Shown: positions 26,471 through 40,060, counted from the stretch's first letter. The stretch is 64,000 nucleotides of DNA from Malacoraja senta (GCA_038087875.1 JAXLNO010000079.1:310001-374000); one strand, 5' to 3'. Notes: generated by a model not told the origin, from the sequence alone. Numbers and translations are program-made.

Positions 26471-28028
26471 GCCGTGTGACAAAGTATTTCTACAAGTTCA
26501 CAAAGTCTGTTTCATGATTAATATCCCAATAACTTGCCTTTGAGGAGTGGGAGGAAGCTGGAGACCGTATGTGTGGGACTCCGCGTGTGGGAGACAGACC
26601 CCACGCGTGGCGGGAGGAGGGCGGGGAGGAGGGGAGAGGGGGGGGGAGACAGACCCCACGCACGTGGAGGGGGGGGGAGGAGGAGACAGCCCACCGGCCA
26701 CAGAGACCCCATGGTCACAGGTAGCACCTAGAAACTCACACAAACAGCACCCATCAATAGAAAGGTGACATTTAACCTGGGCACCCTAGGTTGTGAAAGG
26801 GGAAACTGTCATTGCTCTTGATAATAAAACAATTTTAATGCTCAGTATTTATTCACATTTAAAACTGCCAGTGTTGTTATAGTATTAAAAGGAACCAAGC
26901 ATTCTGATAAGATGCTTTTGAATGAAGTTGAGAATCGTTTAGTCTCTTTAGGGTGCGTGCTTGTGAAGTGTGCTCCCGGTCCCTCATTCATACAAGTTCT
27001 CACATTTTGCCAAGTCTTAATCACATGGGGCTGCATAAACTCAGTCAGGAACACACTCCGTTTGCCGTGTCCAGGGCCTATTGTGACGGCATCAGCTCCT
27101 ACATCAGACACTGGCTCCAGCTGACGTCAGATTGTCCACCCTAACCCTAATACAGGGCGACACACTAACACTGTAAATGTCAGATCCACATCTATAATCA
27201 CAATACATCACTTTACATAATGGAACAGCACACCAAGGCTATTCACCTCAATGGATCCAAGTTAATGTTTGTGTTCACATCAACTCTCCAACTGCTTCAT
27301 AAACACAGTTACTTAAACAACAACAGTTGGTGCTGCCTCTCTCAAGCTCTGTATGTTCACCATCTGTCAAAAGTATCCGAAATTCACTCCGTCATTCCAA
27401 TCTCCTGAAAGGACATTGTGTGTCTATCCCCTCATGGTCTCCAATGTCATTCAGGTTAACTCTTTTTTAAGAAAGGAATTCTACCTACATTTACCCCGTA
27501 TCCTGTCTCGATTCTGCCTTACTTAAAGGTTTTTAAACCCCTCCAAGCCGGGTTTCTTCTCCGAGAGTAGAACTATGTACATGTATATTGTCAATCCGTG
27601 GGTTATAAAACGTTTCCCTGAAGGTTAGTGGAAGGTGTATCAAAGAGTCTACTTACTGCAATCTACTTCAGTGCTTCCAATGCAGAGTAGATATCTTTTA
27701 TTCATCTGCACTAACTGAAAATAACTTTAAACTACCTTCTTGTAAGCCACTTTGTTTTATGTAACTTTTGGTCGAATGAAAATTATCATCTGCTTATAAA
27801 ACTTTACTATGAAAAACTGAAATAAGATGTTTCAACGAGTGTCTATTTGCCACAAACATTCCATTTTCCAATGCATAGCAGCATTCAGGAAAGATGTGCA
27901 TGGTTTGGAGGGCTGAAAGAGCATGATGCCTGGATTAGACGGTACTATTATTATTAGCCGGACAGCAATGGCAGGTATTTCTGGGATTAATCCAGAAGAT
28001 GCAGGATCATTTCATTCCAAAGAGGAAG

Positions 28029-31000
28029 GGGAAAACAGTTGAAAAGGAGAGGCAAAGCACAGGCAGACTTTACTCAGAGCTGCTGTAGATTTGGAAGCAA
28101 CAGCAGGAGAAGATTAGCAAGAGAAAACACTGATTGGCTCTAGCCCAAGAGGGAGGAGAGAAGTGAGTCAAAGTGGGGAAAACAGTTGAAAACTGAGGAA
28201 TTTGGATTGTAAATTAGGCAATTTATCAGTCAATATAAGCAAGACAGCTCTTAGGGAGCGGCCTTGTGAGGGAAGTGCCCTGTGAGAAAAGTGTGAGTCT
28301 TTGGCGAGGAGGCTGAGGAGAGGAGGCTACGCAAAACACTGCAGAGGGAGAGACGAAAGAAGGAGATGTCAGGCAAGCTGATTCAGTGTGATGCTTGCAG
28401 TATGTGGGAGGTCAAGGACACTGCTGGTGCCTCTGGCTGCTACAAATGTGACGTGCATCCAGGTACAGCTCCTGAAGGACCGTGTTGGGGAACTGGAGAA
28501 GCAAGTGGATGACCTCAGGTTTGTCCGAGAACTGAGTCATTCCTCGACAAGTCCTACAGGAAGATTGTTACACCTAAGGTACGGGAAGAGAGAAGGTGGG
28601 AGACAGTGAGAAAGGGAGGGAAGCATGGAATGCAACTGTTCCCGGGTGTTGTACCTCTTGTGAACAGGTTCACCCACTTAGAAGCTGTCGGGACAGAAGA
28701 CGTTTTAACACTGAGCGGCAGACTGGCTTGCGAAGCGAATAGGGCTGTTGAGCCAAAACCAAAAAGGCCAAAGTCAGGCAACGCCATTGTAGTGGGAGAC
28801 TCCATTGTGAGAGGTACGGACAGGGGTTTCTGCCGCAACAGACGGGATTCGAGGATGGTGTGCTGCCTTCCTGGTGCCAGGATCCAGGATGTCACGGACA
28901 GAGTGCAGAAAATCCTCAAGGGCGAAGGTGAACAGCCGGAAGTGGTAGTGCATGTTGGCACGAACAATGTCGGAAAGAAGGGGATGAATATTCTGCAGCG
29001 TGACTTTAGAGAGCTCGGAAAAATGCTGAAAAGCAGGACCTCCAGGGTTGTTATCTCCGGTTTGCTTCCAGTTCCTCGTGCTGGCGAGAGCAGGAACAGG
29101 GAGATACGGGACCTGAATGTGTGGCTGAGGAACTGGTGCACGGGGCAGGGATTTAGATTCTTAGATCACTGGGATCTGTTTTGGAGTAAAAGGGAACTGT
29201 ACAAAAGGGACGGATTGCATCTTAACAGATGGGGGACCAGCATTCTGGCAGGCAGGTTTGCCACTGCTACACGGGTGGTTTTAAACTGAATAAGGGGGGT
29301 GGGGTGTCGAATGGGATAGTTGAGGATGGAGTTAAAGGGAAAGGGTTTCTTAAATGTGTGAGCGTAGACACAGAGGGGTGTAAAATGAGGGTAGAAGCAA
29401 TAGGTAGCAAGGTGAAAAGTAAAAGTGGCAGGCAGACAAATCCAGGGCAAAAATCAAAAAGGGCCACTTTTCAACATAATTGTATAAGGGGTAAGAGTGT
29501 TGTAAAAACAAGCCTAAAGGCTTTGTGTCTCAATGCAAGGAGCATTCGTAATAAGGTGGATTAGTTGAATGTGCAGATAGATATTAATGACTATGATATA
29601 GTTGGGATCACGGAGACATGGCTCCAGGGTAACCAAGGCTGGGAGCTGAACATCCAGGGATATTCAATATTCAGGAGGGATAGACAGAAAGGGAAAGGAG
29701 GTGGGGTAGCGTTGCTGGTTAGAGAGCAGATTAACGCAATAGAAAGGAAGGACATTAGCTTGGAGGATGTGAAATCGATATGGGTAGAGCTGCGAAACAC
29801 TAAGGGACAGAAAACGCTAGTGGGAGTTGTGTACAGGCCTCCTAACAGTAGTAGTGGAGTTGGGGATGGCATCAAACAGGAAATTAGAAATGCGTGCAAC
29901 AAAGGTAAAACAGTTATAATGGGTGACTTCAATCTACATATAGATTGGGTGAATCAAATTGGCAGGGGTGCTGAGGAAGAGGATTTCTTGGAATGTATGC
30001 GGGATAGTTTTCTAAACCAACATGTAGAGGAACCAACGAGAGAGCAGGCTATTCTAGATTGGGTATTGAGTAATGAGGAAGGGTTAGTTAGCAGTCTTGT
30101 TGTGCGTGGCCCCTTGGGCAAGAGTGACCATAATATGGTTGAGTTCTTCATTAGGATGGAGAGTGACATTGTTAATTCAGAAATAAGGGTCCTGAACTTA
30201 AAGAAAGGTAACTTTGAGGGTATGAGAAGTGAATTGGCCAAGATAGACTGGCAATTGATTCTTAATGGGTTGACGGTAGATATGCAATGGAAGGCATTTA
30301 AAGACTGCATGGATGAACTACAACAATTGTTCATCCCAGTTTGGCAAAAAAATAAATCAGGGAAGGTAGTGCATCCATGGATAACATGGGAAATCAGGGA
30401 TAGTATCAAAACAAAAGATGAAGCGTACACATTAGCCAGAAAAAACAGCCTATCAGAGGACTGGGAGGAATTCAGAGTCCAGCAGAGGAGGACAAAGGGC
30501 TTAATTAGGAAATAGATTATGAAAGAAAACTGGCAGGGAACATAAAAACTGACTGCAAAAGCTTTTATAGATATGTGAAGAGAAAAAGATTAGTTAAAAC
30601 AAATGTAGGTCCCTTGCAGTCAGAAACAGGTGAATTGATCATGGGGAACAAGGACATGGCAGACCAATTGAATAACTACTTTGGTTCTGTCTTCACTAAG
30701 GAAGACATAAATAATCTGCCGGAAATAGCAGGGGACCGGGGGTCAAATGAGATGGAGGAACTGAGTGAAATCCAGGTTAGCCGGGAAGTGGTGTTAGGTA
30801 AATTGAATGGATTAAAGGCCGATAAATCCCCAGGGCCAGATAGGCTGCATCCCAGAGTACTTAAGGAAGTAGCCCCAGAAATAGTGGATGCATTAGTGAT
30901 AATTTTTCAAAACTCTTTAGATTCTGGAGTAGTTCCTGAGGATTGGAGGGTAGCTAATGTAACCCCACTTTTTAAAAAGGGAGGGAGAGAGTAAACGGGG

Positions 31001-32408
31001 AATTACAGACCAGTTAGTCTAACGTCGGTAGTGGGGAAATGCTAGAATCAGTTATTAAAGATGGGATAGCAGCACATTTGGAAAGTGGTGAGATCATTGG
31101 ACAAAGTCAGCATGGATTTATGAAAGGTAAATCATGTCTGACGAATCTTATAGAATTTTTCGAGGATGTGACGTAGAGTGGATAAGGGAGAACCAGTGGA
31201 TGTGTTATATCTGGACTTTCAGAAGGCTTTCGACAAGGTCCCACATAAAAGATTAGTATACAAACTTAAAGCACACGGTATTGGGGGTTCAGTATTGATG
31301 TGGATAGAGAACTGGCTGGCAGACAGGAAGCAAAGAGTAGGAGTAAATGGGTCATTTTCAGAATGGCAGGCAGTGACTAGTGGGGTACCGCAAGGCTCAG
31401 TGCTGGGACCCCAGCTATTTACGATATATATTAATGATTTGGAGGAGGGAATTGAATGCAACATCTCCAAGTTTGCGGATGACACGAAGCTGGGGGGCAG
31501 TGTTAGCTGTGAGGAGGATGCTCGGAGGCTGCAAGGTGACTTGGATAGGCTGGGTGAGTGGGCAAATGCATGGCAGATGCAGTATAATGTGGATAAATGT
31601 GAGGTTATCCACTTTGGTGGCAAAAACAGGAAAGTAGACTATTATCTGAATGGTGGCCGATTAGGAAAAGGGGAGATGCAACGAGACCTGGGTGTCATGG
31701 TACACCAGTCATTAAAAGTAGGCATGCAGGTGCAGCAGGCAGTGAAGAAGGCGAATGGTATGTTAGCATTCATAGCAAAAGGATTTGAGTATAGGAGCAG
31801 GGAGGTTCTACTGCAGTTGTACAGGGTCTTGGTGAGACCACACCTGGAGTATTGCGTACAGTTTTGGTCTCCTAATCTGAGGAAAGACATTCTTGCCATA
31901 GAGGGAGTACAGAGAAGGTTCACCAGACTGATTCCTGGGATGTCAGGACTTTCATATGAAGAAAGACTGGATAGACTCAGTTTGTACTCGCTGGAATTTA
32001 GAAGATTGAGGGGGGATCTTATAGAAACATGCAAAATTCTTAAGGGGTTGGACAGGCTAGATGCAGGAAGATTGTTCCCGATGTTGGGGAAGTCCAGAAC
32101 AAGGAGTCACAGTTTAAGGATAAGGGGGAAATCTTTTAGGACCGAGATGAGGAAAACATTTTTCACACAGAGAGTGGTGAATCTCTGGAATTCTCTGCCA
32201 CAGAAGGTAGTTGAGGCCAGTTCATTGGCTATATTTAAGAGGGAGTTAGATGTGGCCCTTGTGGCTAAAGGGATCAGGGGGTATGGAGAGAAAGCAGATA
32301 CAGGATACTGAGTTGGATGATCAGCCATGATCATATTGACTGGCGGTGCAGGCTCGAAGGGCCGAATGGCCTACTCCTGCACCTATTTTCTATGTTTCTA
32401 TGTTTCTA
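28029..32408 (+). mobile_element. Near full-length CR1 LINE (ORF1 Zn-finger plus SGNH esterase; ORF2 APE-RT), inactivated
   Basis: ORF1 from ATG 28366 (CDAC..C) to 29289 with GDS, VGTNN and DGLH motifs; ORF2 pieces 29565-30515, 30575-30994, 31178-32311 broken by stops and frameshifts; (TTTCTATG)n tail ending 32408. Confidence 0.92.
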
Positions 32409-33170
32409 AGTGGAGTAAGAGGCCACCGTGGCTGACAAGGGAAGTCAAGGACAGTATAAAAATAAAAGAGAAGGCGTATAACATAGCAAAGATGAGCGAG
32501 AAGCCAGAGGATTGGGAAACTTAAAGATCAACAGAAGGTAACTAAAAAGGCAATACGGGGAGAAAAGATGAAGTACAAAGGTAAGCTAGCCAAAAATATA
32601 AAGAAGGATAGTAAAAGCTTCTTTAGGTATGTGAAGGGGAAAAAATTAGTTAAGACAAATGTGGGTCCCTTGAAGACAGAAACAGGTGAATTTATTATGG
32701 GGAACAAGGAAATAGCAGACGGGTTGAACAGGTACATTGGTTCTGTCTTCCTTAAGGAAGACACAAACAATCTTCCTGATATACAAGGGGATAGCGGACA
32801 TAGGGTGACGGAGGAACTGAAGGAAATTCACATTAGTCCGGAAATGGTGTTGGATAGACTGATTGGAATGAAGGCTGATAAATCCCCAGGGCCTGATGGT
32901 CTGCATCCCAGGGTACTCAAGGAGGTGGCTCGAGAAATTGTGGACACATTGGTGATCATTTTCTAATGTTCTATAGATTCAGGATAAGTTCCTGTGGATT
33001 GGAGGGTAGCTAATGTTATCCCATTTTTGAAGAAAGAAGGGAGAGAGAAAGCAGGGAATTATAGATCAATTAGCCTGACATCGGTGGTGGGGAAGATGCT
33101 GGATGTTAAAGATATAATAGCGGCGTATTTGGATAGCAGTAACAGGATCGGTCCAAGTCAGCATGGATTT
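32409..33170 (+). mobile_element. Older CR1 ORF2 fragment that hosts the 28029-32408 element (5' part at ~27961-28028)
   Basis: QQWQVFLGLIQKMQDHFIPKRK (27961-28028) continues as SKWSKRPPWLTREVKD after the insertion. Confidence 0.8.
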
Positions 33171-33835
33171 ATCTACAGTATGTACCTACAAGGAGAGGTT
33201 GAACAAAGTTGTATTGTTTTCTCTGGAATGTTGCAGGTTGAGGAGAGATCTGATTGAAGTTTGTAAAATGATCAGAGATCAATTGGGTCGTCAGTCAGAA
33301 CCTTTTTGATAGAAAAATCAAATACAAGAAGGCATAGCTTGAAGGTGAGAGGAACAAAGATTAAAGAAGATGTTTTCTGATTGTGGCCTCCTCCTGCACC
33401 TATTGTCTATTGCTATTGTCTATTGTCTATGTGTGCAGCAAGTTTTTTTTACACAGAGGCTGTTGGGGACCTGGAAGGCGCTGCCAAGTTTGTGGTGGAG
33501 GCAGAATACCTCTGGGGATTGTACAGGAGTCTATGGAAACACCGCCTGGGGTATTGTACAGTAGTCTACATGGGGAGTATTGTACTGTGATGAATTACTC
33601 AACTGGGCTGGGGCAGGATGGACATGCAGGTCACTAGATTGTTCTATGAAGAGAGTCTTCACTCCTCGATTAAACAAAATTCACATGAAGTTTGACAGGT
33701 TGAAGAATGGTATCTGGGGGCTGGACTGTTGAGAATTAGGTGACACCAGGTCCAGATAACAGTTATTCACGCTGGGCTTCTCCTTGTGTATGGCGTGCAC
33801 AGCCTAAAGTTGTAAGGCAACTTGTTCTGTTTGAT

Positions 33836-33981
33836 GTGTTAAAGAAGGAACTGCAGATGCTGGAAAATCGAAGGTACACAAAAGGGTCTGAAGAAGGGTT
33901 TCGGCCCGAAACGTTACCTATTTCCTTCGCTCCATAGATGCTGCTGCACCCGCTGAGTTTCTCCAGCATTTTTGTGTACCT
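33836..33981. mobile_element. Penelope pLTR-derived fold-back insertion with hammerhead-like core
   Basis: 14-bp TSD TTGTTCTGTTTGAT (33822-33835, 33982-33995); CTGAAGA..GAAACGTT at 33888-33915. Confidence 0.82.
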
Positions 33982-34018
33982 TTGTTCTGTTTGATCTTCT
34001 GTTTGTGCACGCCAGGTT

Positions 34019-34072
34019 GATTGCATTCGTCGAAACAAGGTGGACCACGTGAAGGTTGCAATCTCCCACCCC
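34019..34072 (-). ncRNA. Predicted minimal HDV-like ribozyme (copy A)
   Basis: GGGGTGG(P1) GA GATTGCA(P2) ACC(P3) TTCACGT(L3) GGT(P3') CCACCTT(P1') GTTTCGA C GAA(J4/2) TGCAATC(P2'). Confidence 0.78.
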
Positions 34073-35903
34073 ACGCTGGGCTTGAATGAGTGGAAATGTC
34101 TTCACTGGATGCTGGCAATGGCAGGAATGTCCATCTAGCCTCCAGTGCTCGGTATATTCCAGTCAAAGGCTGAAAGATTGTTGAGTATTAGGGAATAGAG
34201 GTAAGTGGGGGTTAATGCAGGGAAACAACAGCTAAAAGATTAGCTACGATCAACTCGTACAGCAGAACAAGGGACAAATAACTTCCTCCGGTTTCTGTTC
34301 ATTTCTTTTTTATATAATGAAAAAGTGGTCCATGAAATTGTGTGTACTGGTTGGTTTCTGATAAGGAGTAGCTTAGATATCTGGTGTAAATTTGCCTGCA
34401 GGATATGATAAATGATTTAAAAAACACTTGTCAGTAAGTAAAACTTTTTTGGTACTAAGTAGATTGAAAATCTGACAATTTGGGAAATGTTGGTCTTCAC
34501 AGAGCAGGAGGGAGAAAGGGAAGAATGTGGTTCATCGCCTTGCGTGAGGAGGCATTACTCTCCTGGCAGTGGAGCCAATTTCTGGAACTCATCAGGGAGC
34601 AATTAATATGCATGAATCTCTTACTTCTATCTGTACACGGTGATGCTATGAGATATCTGAGATGTAAATTCAGTTGTTTCCACACCAATTATTCCACACA
34701 GTTCTTTCCTGTGGGTTAAAAGCTTTTGCAGCAATCCATTTCTATTGCTGCTGTACATCATCACAGCTTGATTGTCTGGGTAAATGTCACCGACTGGTAC
34801 TAAAACATCATCTACTTAATTAATGGGATGCAGTGGAGGAGTTTTAAATTTTGTAAATATATACTGTACAGGTTTATTAGTTGTAAGTAGCTGTGGATGT
34901 TTCCATATTTGACACTGTACCCTCTTGCATAAAACAGTACTTATGTATATTTCCAGAGTATTTGAAAAATAAGTAATAGCTTCACTGAGTAATTTCTAAA
35001 TGTCGATGTGATTAATGTTGAATTTTAATACCTTATTGTCTGGAAGTCAGAGCATGTCATTGAAAAAATATTTCTCCTTTAGAGAAACAAGCTGCAATGT
35101 GAAAAGCACATTAACAAATTACTTGTATGCTAATATCACTACTAATATGGATTTCTATTAAGAACCAAAGATAATCTGTGCCTTATGTAAACTACGAAAT
35201 GCAAATAAATCTGATGCTGCTGAAGGTAATTGTGCTTTGGGTTTCCACGCCAGGTCAACAGTGTGATCCACAAAATCAATTTGTCAAAGCTCCAAAGGTT
35301 TTGCCTATTTTACATTCCTCTTTCCTCCACCCCAAGTAGGTGAGTCACAAAACCATTTGCAAAGAAGCAACTACAATTGAAATTAAATTTTAAGTCACCA
35401 ATCCCAGAATGCAGTCTACGTTGATGTATTTCAATTTTCTAAAAGCAGGCCCCTATGTTTAAATGACAATTGTAATTTGTTTCACTCTTGGTGGTCATTA
35501 ATCATCAACAGTTCCTCATATTGACAGCCCTGAAGTAAGTGGTTGCATTGAGCTCCTTGTCCATCAGGTATTTACAATGTACCACTGCTGTGATTTGTGA
35601 ACTGTTTGGATCTGACTTTTTCCACTTTCTTTGTCTGTTCCATTTAACTGCTGCAGCCCTCTGCACAATAAATGGTAGGAACTGCTCCAGAAGTTTACAA
35701 CCACAACCAATACATAGTTCTTAACGTTATTTTATTAATCTACTGATAAATCTACTGATGCCTAATGGCAGCAAAAATAATTAATGGTTCCTGAGTTTAT
35801 TAATTTTCTACATCTGACTGAGCCACCATTCCCAAATTTCCATCCACATTTATTCATTATCCCCAGAAACATGTCGACCACTCCTCCTGAGTTGATCACT
35901 CCT

Positions 35904-36592
35904 CAAAGGTTCAAATGTATTTTTCACATACACCATAAGGTGCAGTGAAGTGAAGTTATCATGCAGTGTTACGATTAAAAAAGGACATAATACACAACGT
36001 AATTCAACACAGACACAGACATTCACCACAGTGAAGAAGGCAATGCAGTTCAGACAGTCCTCCTCCTCCTCCCTTGTTCACGCGTGGTCGGGGCCCTGAC
36101 CCTCCGCTACGGACGGCCCGATGTTTAAGCCCTCTGGTCGGGATGATCGGAACGTCGACATCGGGACAGGTCGAACACACCCCGCAGCCCGGAGCTCCCA
36201 AATCGTCCACCTCCCTACTGGAGACCGCGGCTTCAAGATGTTGTAGGCCGCAGGCCGGCGGTCGGAGCTCTTCTCCGGCGACCCCCGACAAGGGATCGCC
36301 CCGCTCCGCGATGTTAAAGTTCCCGCTGCGCTGCTACTGAAGCTCTGGGCCCGACTCCGGGAAAGGCAACACTAAACCAGCTGTAAGGCCACGAGGAAGG
36401 GGGGCGAAGAAGCGACAAGGAAGAAAGTCGCATCTTCATTGAGGTAGGTACCTGAAAAACAGATTCCCCCTTATCCCCCCCATCACCTCCCACCACCCCC
36501 ATACAAGACATACAGAGAAACACTAAAACATACTTTGGACATACTAAAAAAAACAAAAACAAGGAACCCGCTGCAGGCGAGGCAGCGCCACC
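35904..36592 (-). mobile_element. Probable non-autonomous LINE-derived repeat (family uncertain)
   Basis: GC-rich block in AT-rich context with a (TTTGAACC)-like tail at ~35904; no recognisable protein. Confidence 0.35.
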
Positions 36593-37852
36593 AAAACGGG
36601 ATCCTGGGGCTCTTTCTCCAGTGTTCTCCGTCAGTAAGCCTCAAATTATTTTCATGTCTCTTCCATAAATCGCTTTGGGTCTCTCAGGTGGCATCCCAGG
36701 TGAACACCCATGACCTCTGTGTCACCACAATTGGAAGCCATGGACAACCACATCTCATGTTCTCACCACTCCCTCTCATTCCAGTCAACTCCAGCAAGGA
36801 AGGGAATCAGCATTGGCATCTTCACGGTGCCCCAAATGTCTTTTAAATGTAGCGATATTACCTGCATTAAATACCTCCTCCTTCCATCTGTATGAAAAAG
36901 TTGTCCCTCGGGTTCCTATTAAAGGTTTCCCGTTTCACCTTAAACCCGTGTCCTCTGTTCTTGGTTCCTTTACCCTGGGTACAGGAGGCTGTGCATTCAC
37001 CCAATCTGTTCCCTCATGATTTTATGTTGTGGGGCTAAGAAGAGGCTGGGATTTTTGCCCTGGAGTGCAGAAGGCTGAGGGATAATCTTACAGAGGTGTA
37101 TAAAATCATAATGGGCGGGGAGAAAAGTGTGTGGGGATTTGGGGGATAAGGACAACTGAAATATGTGTAACACCTGTCTATACCCTTTCCCTTGTCTTAA
37201 TCTAGGCAGCCCTTCCAGGTGCAAGGCAGGTTCATGTGCACCTCCTCTAACCTCATCTACTGCTTCCAGTGTTCCTGCACATTGTCAGATTCTTTAGTCA
37301 GAGGGTGGTAAATCTGTGGAATTCTTTCTACAAAAGGCTGTGGAGACCAAGTCAATGGATATGTTTAAGGCAGAGTCAGAGAGATTCTTGATTAGTATAG
37401 GTGTCAGAGTTATGGGGAGAAGGCATGAGAATGGGGTTAGGAGGGAGAGGTAGATCAGCCATGATTGAATGGTGAAGTAGAATTGATGGGCTGAATGGCC
37501 TAATTCTACTCGTATCACTTATGAGCTTAGACTAGGCGACTGTTTTACCGAACACTTAGGCCTATTGCATCTCCCGGTTGCGAATCAATTCAACTCACCT
37601 TCCCATTCCGACAGTGATCTTTCTGTCCTGGACCTCCTCCATTGTCAGAGTGAGGCCAAACACAAACTGGAGGAACAGCTCCTCGTATTCTGCTTGGGCA
37701 GCTTACACCCCAGTGGTATGATCAATGAATTCTCTCATTTTAAGTAACTGCATTACTCTCACCTGGATTCGTACCTATTTCTTCCCTCTCCCTGCATCTA
37801 CATTCCTTCCTCTAGCTTCCCAAACAAACAGAGAGTTTTAGTAATATATATA

Positions 37853-38559
37853 CTAGACCAACTGGGACCCGTTAGGTCCCTGTCACACGGGAGACCTGGT
37901 CCTCCAACGCAATATTGCACTACTCACCCATAGCTCCCACGGGAGGCCTTGTCCCCCAACGCAACCCATTCCCCTAGGCAATATTGCACACCACTCACCC
38001 GTTTCCCCAATGCAACCCATTCCCCCAACACAAGATTCCACCACTCACCCATTGCCCCCAACTGTGCAGGGGCTGCTCAGTTCACCTTATTCAAAATTCA
38101 GTGTAATGTGACTTTAAAATATTTCTTAAAAAATGCACCCTCCCTCCATGCTGCCAGGATTAAAAACAAAAGGGATAACAACATCCTAGTTGCAATTGCT
38201 CTTTCTGGTGCTGGCAGGACTGAGTGGGTTGAGATTGCAACAACGTAGCATTGTGAAGTCATAGCTGCACAGTGATTTTTTATGTAAATGAGATTTGGGA
38301 TCCCATTGTGACGTTGAACGCGGCTGAAGGGCAGGGCAAGGGGAAAAGTGGTTTGAAAAGTGATTTTGGAAAGTTTAAAATGTCAATAACTTGTAAAATA
38401 TACCATCAATCTGAACGAAACATGTTTCACAGGACAATGGTGAGTAAGGTGGGCCAAACATTGTAATGCTATCCTGTACCGTTTTGGCGGGGTTTTGGAA
38501 TATCACGCACATGCATTCGAACAAGATGAGTTTTAGTAAAATAAATAAATAAATATAGA
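37853..38559 (-). mobile_element. Non-autonomous Helitron
   Basis: Minus-strand 3' end: hairpin GGGACC-TAAC-GGGTCCC followed 7 nt later by CTAG|T (CTAG at 37853-37856); 5' A|TC terminus near 38559; internal tandem repeats. Confidence 0.65.
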
Positions 38560-39029
38560 TAGATAGATTACATACCAGGCTTTGTCCTGAAGATTGTTGG
38601 AGAAAGAGGGCCGGGACCCTTTTGGGCTGGGACCCTCTTCAGGCTGAACGTAGAGGATGTGGGAGGAAGAAGAACTGGAGACGAGAAAAGATCAGGACAA
38701 ATCAGGGCTGGCAACAGATGACCTCGGGCAGGGAGGTGCACAGAACAAGGGTCTCGACCCGGAATGTCACCTATTCCTTTTCTCCAGAGATGCTGCCTGA
38801 GTTACGCCAGCTTTTTTGTGTCTTGGGTTCGTTGGTAGGCCCATTGTTGGCTCGGGAAGGTGTGATCGCAAGCGGGATACATGGTTGCGAACTATGGAAC
38901 TGGTTAAACGACAAGGGTGGAGGAAGGGTCTCTTCCAGTCAACTCACAATCGGTCTGCAGAAGGGTCCCAAACTGAAACGTCACCTATCAATGTTCTCCA
39001 GAAATGCTGCGTAACCTGCTGAGTTACTC

Positions 39030-40060
39030 CATCCCCTCCCAATTCCTACATCTACGCTGCATCTGCGCACAGGATGAGGTTTTCCATACCAGGTCATCGG
39101 AGATGTCCTCATTCTTTAGGGAACCGGGGTTCCCCTCTTCCATTATAGATGAGGCTCTCATTAGGGTCTCCTCGATATCCCGCAGCTCCGCTCTTACTCC
39201 CCTTCCCCCCATTTGTAACACGGACAGAGTCCCCCTTGTCCTCACCTTCCACCCCATCAGCCGTCACGTACAACATATAATCCTCCAACATTTCCTCCAC
39301 CTCCAAAGGGATCCCACCACTGGCCACATCTACCCATCTCCACCCCTTTTCTGCTTTCCGCAGAGACCGTTCCCTCCATAACTCCCTGGTCAACTCATCC
39401 CTTCCCACCCAAACCACCCCCTCCCCTGGTACTTTCCTCTGCAACCGCAGGAGATGCAATGCCTGTCACTTTACCTCCCCCCTCTACTCCATCCATGGAC
39501 CCAAACAGTCTTTCCAGGTGAGGTGCAGGTTCACTTGCCACTCCTCCAACCTCATCTACTGCATCCGCTGTTCCAGGTGTCAACTTCTCTACATCAGCGA
39601 GACCAAGCACAGGGCTCGGCGATCGTTTTGCTGAACACCTCCGCTCAGTCCGTCTTAACCAAACTGAGCTCCCGGTGGCCCAGCACTTCAATTCCCTCTC
39701 CCATTCCCAATCTGACCTTTCTGTCCTGGGCCTCCTCCATTGTTAGAGTGAGGCCCAATGCAAATTGGAGGAACAGCACCTCATATTTCACTTGGGTAGT
39801 TTACATCCCAGCGGTATGAACGTTGACTTCTCTAATTTCAGGTATCCCCTCCCCCTTCTCAGTCCTCCCACCAGTCCCACTGTCTCCGCCTTCTTTCTTC
39901 CTTTGTCCTACCCCCTCCCCTGACATCAGTCTGAAGAAGGGTCTCGACCCAAAACGTCGCCTATTCCTTATCTCCGTAGATGCTGCCTCACCCGCTGAGT
40001 TTCTCCAGCATTTTGTATCTACCTTCGATTTTACCAGCATCTGCAGTTCTTTCTTAAACA
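39030..40060 (+). mobile_element. Penelope-like element 3' portion, degenerate
   Basis: Same RT-thumb/GIY-YIG peptides as 15456-16589 (SQFLHLRCIC, RVPLVLTFHP) with frameshifts, followed by the pLTR. Confidence 0.85.

Larger units (their letters stand above)
33780..34072 (-). mobile_element. ~140-bp ribozyme-headed SINE-like element, copy A (with nested Penelope-derived insertion)
   Basis: 11-bp TSD ACGCTGGGCTT (33769-33779, 34073-34083); homologous to 42421-42556 and 44652-44791. Confidence 0.8.

Noticed and set aside
27139..27150. Interstitial telomeric repeat (CCCTAA)2
   Set aside because: Two units only; expected by chance
28606..29289. Host GDSL/SGNH lipase gene
   Set aside because: It is CR1 ORF1, directly upstream of APE-RT ORF2, and is repeated at 9984-10277
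28554..32334. Long antisense ORFs over CR1 (also 8564-9258, 13196-13651, 53314-53933)
   Set aside because: Shadow frames of LINE coding sequence with no independent features
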